From a virus (Duplodnaviria; Caudoviricetes), in the IMG/VR virus record IMGVR_UViG_3300045996_001623, positions 1 through 55,770 of that record: a stretch of 55,770 nt of DNA; one strand, given 5' to 3'. The translations under genes and the position numbers were made by a program. How positions within the stretch are numbered: position 1 is the first letter of the stretch; each line of letters starts with the position of its first letter. The notes below the pieces were generated by a model, which saw nothing but the letters and a program-made list of their open reading frames with translations, ran no database searches and was not told the origin of the DNA. Below, piece by piece: positions 1-6,279 of the stretch.

Positions 1-57
1 GGCGAGGTCTACACGTTGAAGCGCCTCGAAGGGCTCACCCCCGAGAAGTTGCGCTAA
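1..57 (+). CDS. 3' end of a CDS entering the window (GEVYTLKRLEGLTPEKLR*)
   Basis: Open frame 1 with GC3-rich codons ending in TAA at 55-57. Confidence 0.6.
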   Translation, partial: GEVYTLKRLEGLTPEKLR

Positions 58-60
58 CAT
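55..60 (+). promoter_or_regulatory. Putative -10 box (TAACAT) for the tRNA cluster, overlapping the upstream stop codon
   Basis: TANNNT followed by GTG after a 7-nt spacer, same geometry as other promoters in the window. Confidence 0.5.
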
Positions 61-67
61 CGCCGCC

Positions 68-100
68 GTGTTCCGATCATCGCTCTCCGAATCGGCCTGA
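68..100 (+). CDS. Putative leaderless micro-ORF MFRSSLSESA (leader peptide)
   Basis: GTG at predicted +1, 4 Ser codons among 10, TGA inside a palindrome abutting tRNA-Glu. Confidence 0.35.
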   Translation: MFRSSLSESA

Positions 101-113
101 CACCTGTCAGGCC
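94..113. repeat. Perfect 9-bp inverted repeat GGCCTGACA-CC-TGTCAGGCC overlapping the tRNA-Glu 5' end
   Basis: Read directly from sequence. Confidence 0.85.
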
Positions 114-180
114 CGTTCGTTCAGCGGTAGGACCACGCTCCCTCAAAGCGTTGACCGGGGTTCGATTCCCCGACGGGCCG
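110..180 (+). tRNA. tRNA-Glu(CTC), C33 variant, no encoded CCA
   Basis: Acceptor GGCCCGT/ACGGGCC, anticodon stem ACGCT/AGCGT, loop CCCTCAA, T arm CGGGG-TTCGATT-CCCCG. Confidence 0.88.
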
Positions 181-187
181 CCGCGTT

Positions 188-271
188 GGAGTGTGATCCT
201 GGAATGGTCTGGGGCCCGTTTCGAAAACGGTTCGGTGCTACGGCACAGGGGTTCGATTCCTCCGCACTCCG
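188..271 (+). tRNA. tRNA-Ser(CGA), 8/4 fold, long variable arm
   Basis: Acceptor GGAGTGTG/CGCACTCC (8 bp), T stem GGGG/CCTC (4 bp), loop TTCGAAA, V arm GTGC-TACG-GCAC, G discriminator. Confidence 0.88.
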
Positions 272-276
272 CTCTC

Positions 277-360
277 GGAAGGTGAACCCGGCACGGGCTG
301 GGCGCCCGTTGCTAGCGGGATGGCACCGTCAGGTGTGGGCTTCGATCGCTCCGCCTTCCG
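277..360 (+). tRNA. tRNA-Ser(GCT), 8/4 fold, long variable arm
   Basis: Acceptor GGAAGGTG/CGCCTTCC (8 bp), T stem GGGC/GCTC (4 bp), loop TTGCTAG, V arm GCACC-GTCA-GGTGT, G discriminator. Confidence 0.88.
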
Positions 361-369
361 CCGTGATGC

Positions 370-398
370 TTGCTATGCAAATCACATCGACGTAGTAT
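370..398 (+). promoter_or_regulatory. SigA-like promoter of the capsid gene
   Basis: TTGCTA-17 nt-TAGTAT; imperfect dyad GTGAT..ATCAC (363-385) overlaps the -35. Confidence 0.55.
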
Positions 399-494
399 CC
401 CCTGCTCAGAGCGACTGGGCAGAGCCCCGTACCTCGTGCCAGACCCACAGACGGTTCATCCACCGAGCACGAGAGTCGAAAGGGGCCATGCCGC

Positions 495-2519
495 ATGGAC
501 CAGTTCGCAGACCGGCTCGCCCGCATTGGGGACCTGAGCCCGGACGAAGTGGCGCAACTCGAAGCCGAGTTGGTCGCAGCGTTCGATCAGGCCGACAGTG
601 CAGGTGACGTCGACCTGATGCAGCAACTCGCCGAAGCGCTCGACAACGTCCGCGCCGCCAAGACAGCGACGCCCCCGGCTGCAACGCCGGAGGCCGCGCC
701 AGTCGCCGCCGCCGCTGAGACGCCCGTCGAGGACAAGCCGAGCGATCCGACCCCCGACGGCCAGCAGGCGCCCCCAGCGCCGCAGCCGGAGGTTTCCCCC
801 GAGCAGGCGCAGGCGCCAGTGCCGGAGCCGGACGGCACGCCCGTCCCGACCGAGCAGCCGCCCGCCGAGCCGGGACCGGGAGAGCCGAACGCCAACGTCG
901 TCCCCGAGCAGCCTGCCGAGCAGGTGCCCACCGCCGAGACCCAGCCGGTTGCCGTCGTCGTCGACGGCGATCCGACCCCGGTCATCGTCGAGGGCGAGCC
1001 CGTGGCCGAGGGCCAGCAGACGGCCGAGACCAACACACCAACCGAGGAAGGCGTTCAAAGCGCTCCCGACCAGCAGCAGGAGGAAGCCGTGGCAACCGAT
1101 GTGGTCACGCAGGAAGATGTTCCGGCGGCGAACAAGCCGGTCCCCGTGACCGCAAGCGCCGCGCCGTTCACCATCACGGCCGGGGGTGACATCCCCGGGT
1201 TCACGTCGGGCCAGAAGCTCGGCGACATGGACGAGGTCATCGACGCCCTGACGAAGAAGATCAACTCGATGCGGGGCGTCGGCGGCGACGGCGAGTACGT
1301 CGTCGTGGCGTCGCTTCGCCGGGACGACGACATGGTCCCCGAAGAGAAGATGCTTCGCAAGGGCGACCCCGAGGGCAACTCGGTGAAGATCCGGGAGTTC
1401 ATGCGGGCGAACGAGTCGATGGACTCCCTCGTCGCCGCCGGTTGGTGCGCCCCCCGCACCCCGCTGTACGACATCCCGGGCATCGGCACGTCGGACACCC
1501 CCGTCGCCGACAGCCTCCCGTCGTTCGGCGTGGACCGCGGTGGCATCATCTGGACGGAGCCGCCGTCCCTCGCCGGGGTCATCTCGTCGATGGGCTCGAA
1601 CGCCTTCGTGCGGTGGGTCCCGACGAACTCGGCGGGCACGATCTCGGTGACCGGCGTGTTCGGCAACACGGCGACGTCGCCGGTCGACACGAAGCCGTGC
1701 ATCGACATCGCCTGCGGTGTGGAGCGGTCCGCCGACCTCATCGCCATCCCGATGTGCCTCTGCTTCGACCTCCTGTCCAGCCGGACGAACCCGGAGTTCG
1801 TGAAGGCCGCGACCGACCTCGTCGGCGTCGCCCAGGCGCACTTCAAGGAGCAGTACCTGCTCGCCCAGATGTTCAGCGCCCCCGGCGTGTCGAACCTCGC
1901 CGGGACGATCGGTGACAGCGACATCCAGGTCGGCGTGGCCCGCGACTTCCTCGTCCAGGTCCGCCTGGTGGCGTCGCAGTTCCGCTGGCGGAACCGTCTG
2001 TCCCCGACGCAGCAGCTTCGGCTGTACGCCCCGGCGTGGCTCCGGGACGCGATCGCGGCGGACCTCACGCTGCAGGCGCCGGGCGAGAACACCATCTCGA
2101 CGTCGTACGCCGAGGTCGACGGCTACCTCGACGACCTCAACGTCGACGTGGTCTGGTACATCGACGACGTCCCGACGATGGCCGCGGGCACGCTCCCGGC
2201 CGGTCCGCAGGGCGCGACGACGGCGGCCAGCAACTTCGACAGCTACCTGGGCTTCGGCGCCACGGCGGAGTGGCTCCTGACCACGCCCGGCGTGTTCACC
2301 CGCCTCGATGGTGGCCAGGTCGACCTGGGTGTCGTGCGGACGAAGGAGGACGTCCAGAAGAACCGCTTCTGCGAGTTCTCCGAGACGTTCGAGACCGTCG
2401 CCTACATGGGCCCGCAGACGGCCGCCAATGCGTGGGCCGTCCGTGGCTCCACGCCGGTCAACGTCATCGGCGGCTACGCCCTGGGCGTCAACACGGCGGC
2501 TGGGGTCGTCGTCGAGTGA
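495..2519 (+). CDS. Major capsid (hexamer) protein with long acidic/Pro-rich N-terminal scaffold-like region
   Basis: Motif LVAAGWCAP..PLYD and C-terminal LDGGQVDLGVVRT..N..F.ETFE typical of cluster-B-like actinophage capsids. Confidence 0.9.
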   Translation: MDQFADRLARIGDLSPDEVAQLEAELVAAFDQADSAGDVDLMQQLAEALDNVRAAKTATPPAATPEAAPVAAAAETPVEDKPSDPTPDGQQAPPAPQPEVSPEQAQAPVPEPDGTPVPTEQPPAEPGPGEPNANVVPEQPAEQVPTAETQPVAVVVDGDPTPVIVEGEPVAEGQQTAETNTPTEEGVQSAPDQQQEEAVATDVVTQEDVPAANKPVPVTASAAPFTITAGGDIPGFTSGQKLGDMDEVIDALTKKINSMRGVGGDGEYVVVASLRRDDDMVPEEKMLRKGDPEGNSVKIREFMRANESMDSLVAAGWCAPRTPLYDIPGIGTSDTPVADSLPSFGVDRGGIIWTEPPSLAGVISSMGSNAFVRWVPTNSAGTISVTGVFGNTATSPVDTKPCIDIACGVERSADLIAIPMCLCFDLLSSRTNPEFVKAATDLVGVAQAHFKEQYLLAQMFSAPGVSNLAGTIGDSDIQVGVARDFLVQVRLVASQFRWRNRLSPTQQLRLYAPAWLRDAIAADLTLQAPGENTISTSYAEVDGYLDDLNVDVVWYIDDVPTMAAGTLPAGPQGATTAASNFDSYLGFGATAEWLLTTPGVFTRLDGGQVDLGVVRTKEDVQKNRFCEFSETFETVAYMGPQTAANAWAVRGSTPVNVIGGYALGVNTAAGVVVE

Positions 2520-2528
2520 TCTGACGAT

Positions 2529-2554
2529 GCCGGGCCACCTGCGGGTGGCCCGGC
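2529..2554 (+). terminator. GC hairpin after capsid gene
   Basis: GCCGGGCCACC-TGCG-GGTGGCCCGGC, 11-bp stem, no U tract. Confidence 0.6.
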
Positions 2555-2595
2555 CCGTTGGGTCTCATTAGGTACGAGCGACAGGAAGGACCGCG

Positions 2596-3573
2596 ATGGC
2601 AACCCGAGACGGTGCAGCCAGCATCCAGGGCGACATGATCCGTGTCACGCCCCTCAACCTCGATGGCACGATCGACACTTCGCGTCCGGTCCTGACGACC
2701 AACGGTTTCATCACCGCGTCGTTCGGCACCGAGTTCGAGGATGGCGACGAGATCACCGAGAAGGCCGCCGACGGCACGGTGTGCATCCAGTACAAGGCTG
2801 ACGACTCCCTCAAGGGCATCACGTTCAGCCTCTCGCTGTGCACCCCGGACCCGGAGTCGGCGGCCCTGATCGCAGGTGGCAAGATCATCTGCGCCGCCGC
2901 CGATGTGGTCGACGACGACGACAACGTGATCGTCAACGCCGGTGACGTCATCGGCTACTCGTCTCCGTCCGTCGGCGCCACGGTGGGCAACCCCGTGGCG
3001 ATCGAGGTCTGGTCGAAGGCGATCGTGAAGGGCAAGCCCGCCGGTGGCACCCCGTACTGGCACTGGGTGTTCCCGTACGTCCGTGTCCGCTACGACGGCG
3101 ACCGCGAGTTCTCGAACGGCGCGCTGTCGAACGAGTACTCGGGCACGGGGGTCGGCAACGACGCCCTGGCCGCGGCCGGGCTCGGCGGGGTCGGCGCCGA
3201 CTTCGTCACCTACAAGGGCGCTCTCGTCAACCCGTTCAGCTACGTCCGGTCGACCGCCAAGCCCGACATCTCGGGTGGTCACTGGTCCGGTGGTTCGGGC
3301 GGCCTGGGCGTGTTCGACAAGACGGCCGACAACTCGATCGGCTGCATCCCGCCGCTCGCGACGTCGGCGACGTCGGGCATCCCCGGCACGTGGAGCCCCG
3401 GCGGGTCGACGCTTCCGGCGTCGGTCGCTGCTCTGCAGTCGGCTTCGCCCGCCATCACGGCGTCGCCCACCACGGCGTGGACGACCGGTCAGTACGTCCA
3501 GACGGCCACGGCCGGAACGGGCGGACGGGCTTACTGGAACGGGACGGCGTGGGTCGCCGGTACCGCTCCCTGA
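2596..3573 (+). CDS. Major tail (tube) protein with C-terminal accessory domain
   Basis: IRVT.L..G..GFI..E.EDGDEI..K.ADG..C motif; C-terminal ASPTTAWTTGQYV..YWNGTAWVAG; SD AGGAAGG. Confidence 0.8.
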   Translation: MATRDGAASIQGDMIRVTPLNLDGTIDTSRPVLTTNGFITASFGTEFEDGDEITEKAADGTVCIQYKADDSLKGITFSLSLCTPDPESAALIAGGKIICAAADVVDDDDNVIVNAGDVIGYSSPSVGATVGNPVAIEVWSKAIVKGKPAGGTPYWHWVFPYVRVRYDGDREFSNGALSNEYSGTGVGNDALAAAGLGGVGADFVTYKGALVNPFSYVRSTAKPDISGGHWSGGSGGLGVFDKTADNSIGCIPPLATSATSGIPGTWSPGGSTLPASVAALQSASPAITASPTTAWTTGQYVQTATAGTGGRAYWNGTAWVAGTAP

Positions 3574-3598
3574 TCTCCTGACGGGGGAGAGCCACGTA

Positions 3599-3641
3599 CG
3601 GCCCTCCGACTCCTGCCGCAAGCACAGGGGTCGGGGGGCCG
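3599..3641 (+). terminator. Long GC hairpin after tail tube gene
   Basis: CGGCCCTCCGACTCCTG / CAGGGGTCGGGGGGCCG with G-U pairs. Confidence 0.65.
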
Positions 3642-3667
3642 TTGCGCGTCACCGCAGCTAGTACCTG

Positions 3668-3696
3668 TTGCGCTGACCCATATCGTGGTATACACT
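3668..3696 (+). promoter_or_regulatory. SigA-like promoter, leaderless start at 3703
   Basis: TTGCGC-17-TACACT then GTG after 6 nt. Confidence 0.65.
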
Positions 3697-3702
3697 CACG
3701 GC

Positions 3703-3918
3703 GTGACCCAGACCATGACGACCCCACGTGGCACCGTGATCCACCAGCACGACCACCCGACCCGACTGCAGGCTGCCGTGTGCCGCCGCCGTGGAGTCTT
3801 CACGACCGTCCTGCTCGACGCGTCCGCCCCGAACTACGAGGCTGCGCGGCAGGAGGCGATGGAGAAGTTCCCCGGTGTGCCGTTCACGGTCCCGCGTCTC
3901 GGTGAGGTCGTCTCGTGA
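3703..3918 (+). CDS. Hypothetical protein (MTQTMTTPRG...)
   Basis: Leaderless GTG; GTGA overlap with next gene. Confidence 0.65.
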   Translation: MTQTMTTPRGTVIHQHDHPTRLQAAVCRRRGVFTTVLLDASAPNYEAARQEAMEKFPGVPFTVPRLGEVVS

Positions 3919-4331
3919 CCACCGCCCCACTCCCCGATGAGGACACCATGACCACGACGACGAAGACCCCGACCGCCAAGCGGGCCACGAAGAAGAAGGC
4001 CGCTGCGCCGCGGCCCAGCAAGCCTGCGGCGACACCGAAGCCGATCTCCGAGGATCGGATGAACGACAACCTGCTCGCGATCCGGGCCATCGCCAAAGAG
4101 ATCGACCAGGCCCGCGAGGCCACCGACGCTCTCGTCGCGCGGTCCGATGCGCTGATCCGTGAGGCCGTCGATGACGGCGAGCGGTACCGGGACATCGCTG
4201 CGGCTGCCGGTCGGACAGTGCCGTGGGTGCAGATGTCGCTGCGTCGGGTCGCCGGTGTGTCGACGCATCCGGCGCAGCCGATCCCGGACACTCGCATCCG
4301 CAAGTCACGCCGCGCCGCCACCGCCGACTGA
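3915..4331 (+). CDS. HTH DNA-binding protein with Lys/Ala-rich N-terminus
   Basis: YRDIAAAAGRTVPWVQMSL helix-turn-helix pattern; alternative start 3948 with GAGGA SD. Confidence 0.65.
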   Translation: MTTAPLPDEDTMTTTTKTPTAKRATKKKAAAPRPSKPAATPKPISEDRMNDNLLAIRAIAKEIDQAREATDALVARSDALIREAVDDGERYRDIAAAAGRTVPWVQMSLRRVAGVSTHPAQPIPDTRIRKSRRAATAD

Positions 4332-4339
4332 TAGTCGGC

Positions 4340-4378
4340 TATACTCACGGTGTGGGTGTCACACCCACCTGCCACAAT
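4340..4378 (+). promoter_or_regulatory. Tandem -10 boxes (TATACT 4340, TGC-CACAAT 4370-4378) flanking palindrome GTGGGTGT-C-ACACCCAC
   Basis: Read directly; upstream of AAA gene. Confidence 0.55.
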
Positions 4379-4413
4379 CGACCAGACCCAGACCTGACCG
4401 GGAGATCCACCCA

Positions 4414-5370
4414 ATGTCCGAAACCGCTGCTGACTCGAAGATCGACCTGGTTGGTCTGTTCTGGTCGCCGCTTGCCCACTCCGTGAAGTTCGCTGACCTC
4501 CCGAAGGTCCTCGGCGATCCCACCGCGCCCGACGCGCAGAACGTCCCCGTGCAGCCCGTTCTGGACGAGCCGAAGGACTACCTGCGGCCCAACGGCGAGA
4601 TCTACGTGCCGCGCAAGCTGCAGGTCGGTGAGGTCACGATGCAGGACGTCACGTTCATCCGGCAGTCGCTCGACGCCGGGCTCACCGTGCTGCTCTACGG
4701 CGAGCCCGGCTGCGGCAAGACCGCTCTGGTCGAAGCTGCGTTCAGCGACGAACTCGTCACCGTGCAGGGCACCATCGAGACCGACAGCGCCGACTTCGTC
4801 GGGTCGTGGACCCAACAGCCGGACGGCACCTACCTGTGGGTCGACGGCCCGCTGCCCCACGCCATGGAGACCGGCAAGAAACTGCTGGTCGACGAGATCG
4901 CTCTGATCGACCCACGGGTCATGGCCGTCGTCTACGGCGTCATGGACGGCCGCGGCGAGTTGACCGTCACCCAGAACCCGCTGCGCGGCGTCGTGAAGGC
5001 GTCCCCCGGTTTCCAGGTGGTCGGCGCGTGCAACCCGAACGTGCCCGGCGCCCAGATGTCCGATGCTCTGCTGTCCCGCTTCGCGATCCACGTCGAGATG
5101 ACGACCGATTGGGCGCTCGCCCCGAAGCTGGGCTGCGGCTCGAAGATCATCCAGGTGTGCAAGTCGCTCAACGACAAGTACCGCAAGTCGGAGATGACGC
5201 AGGCCCCGCAGTTGCGGGAGATGATCCAGTACACGGCCGTCGCCGCGAAGTTCGGGGATGCGTTCGCTCTGCGGAACTTCCTGTCGCAGATCCGGCCGGA
5301 GAACCAGCCGGTCGCCAAGGCCGTCATCGAGGCCGTGTTCGGCACGACCGTCACCGGGCTGGTCATCTGA
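4414..5370 (+). CDS. MoxR-family AAA+ ATPase (CbbQ/NorQ/CobS-like)
   Basis: Walker A GEPGCGKT, Walker B LLVDEI, WVDGPL, ALLSRF; start reassigned to ATG 4414 after GGAG. Confidence 0.9.
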   Translation: MSETAADSKIDLVGLFWSPLAHSVKFADLPKVLGDPTAPDAQNVPVQPVLDEPKDYLRPNGEIYVPRKLQVGEVTMQDVTFIRQSLDAGLTVLLYGEPGCGKTALVEAAFSDELVTVQGTIETDSADFVGSWTQQPDGTYLWVDGPLPHAMETGKKLLVDEIALIDPRVMAVVYGVMDGRGELTVTQNPLRGVVKASPGFQVVGACNPNVPGAQMSDALLSRFAIHVEMTTDWALAPKLGCGSKIIQVCKSLNDKYRKSEMTQAPQLREMIQYTAVAAKFGDAFALRNFLSQIRPENQPVAKAVIEAVFGTTVTGLVI

Positions 5371-6257
5371 TGGGGCCGTGCTGCAACCACTGCGGCAGGC
5401 CGCTCGACCCGGACACGGGCTTCACGTTCTGCGACCCGTGTTTCAGCATTCTGCGCCACGCCACCGACGTCGACGAAGCGATCCTCGCTGAGGCCAAGGT
5501 CCGCCGCCGCGAAGCCGCCAGCCGCCGCGCTGCCACGTGGGGTGACGCCATGAAAGCCCTCGACGACGTCGCCGCTAAGACTGGCGGAGCCATCGGCGCT
5601 CTCGCCGACATGGCTGCCGCCGCCCTCACCCCCGACCCCGACCCAGACAAGGACCTTCTCACCATGACCGACACCACCGACGCCCCCGCCCTCCACACGC
5701 TCAACCGGTCCAACGGCGAGAAGCTGACCGCGCGCAACGCCGAAGAGGTCGCCGACCTCATCACGATCTGCGCCAAGGGCGACGCCACGAAGGACTTCAT
5801 GCAGAAGGCCCGCAACGGCGAGGGGACCGGCACGCTCGGCCTGTACGTCGAAGCGGTCGCGTTCAACGCTCACGGCAAGCCGATGTCGCACATGAAGTTC
5901 TTCGTCATCGGGGAGCACCTGTACGCCTACAACCGGCAGAACGGCGACACCCGGGCCAACTGGCGGCATCGGGTCGTGGCGAGCCTGGCGGACGCTCTGG
6001 GCGCCGTGCAGGCGGCTCTGGACAAGCCGTCGGTGAAGTTGTTCGGGCATCCGGTGATGGTCGAGTTGACGCCGGACGATCTGTCGGCGGTCGAGACGAA
6101 CCAGATGCCGCCGTCACGGTTCCGTGGCGAGTCGCGGATCGCCCGGTCGTTCGAGCGGTACGACTTCGATCCGGACACGGCGGTGGAGAGCCTGCCGGTC
6201 CCGTCGTCGCTGACGAAGATGCTGCGCACCCCGCAGTTCGTCACACCCCCCTTCTGA
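5370..6257 (+). CDS. Hypothetical protein with N-terminal CxxC..CxxC zinc finger; possible internal start at 5664
   Basis: TGATG coupling to AAA gene; continuous frame. Confidence 0.7.
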   Translation: MGPCCNHCGRPLDPDTGFTFCDPCFSILRHATDVDEAILAEAKVRRREAASRRAATWGDAMKALDDVAAKTGGAIGALADMAAAALTPDPDPDKDLLTMTDTTDAPALHTLNRSNGEKLTARNAEEVADLITICAKGDATKDFMQKARNGEGTGTLGLYVEAVAFNAHGKPMSHMKFFVIGEHLYAYNRQNGDTRANWRHRVVASLADALGAVQAALDKPSVKLFGHPVMVELTPDDLSAVETNQMPPSRFRGESRIARSFERYDFDPDTAVESLPVPSSLTKMLRTPQFVTPPF

Positions 6258-6264
6258 TACACAC

Positions 6265-6273
6265 TGCTATACT
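6265..6273 (+). promoter_or_regulatory. Extended -10 TGCTATACT, leaderless start 6280
   Basis: GTG after a 6-nt spacer. Confidence 0.7.
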
Positions 6274-6279
6274 GCTGTC

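Noticed and set aside
140-146. TCA in the first tRNA loop read as a Sec/opal suppressor anticodon
   Set aside because: The 5-bp stem centres CTC at positions 34-36, and there is no long variable arm or Sec-type fold
309-315. CTA in the third tRNA loop read as an amber suppressor
   Set aside because: The 7-nt loop TTGCTAG centres GCT, and TAG stops behave as normal gene ends
4159-4413. N-terminal extensions given by the ORF track (also 4806, 9091, 15405, 42893, 45235)
   Set aside because: They overlap upstream genes or promoters; downstream starts have SD, coupling or leaderless geometry
4352-4486. Leaderless GTG ORF after TATACT 4340
   Set aside because: Overlaps the AAA gene out of frame, has poor codon bias, and its start is buried in a palindrome
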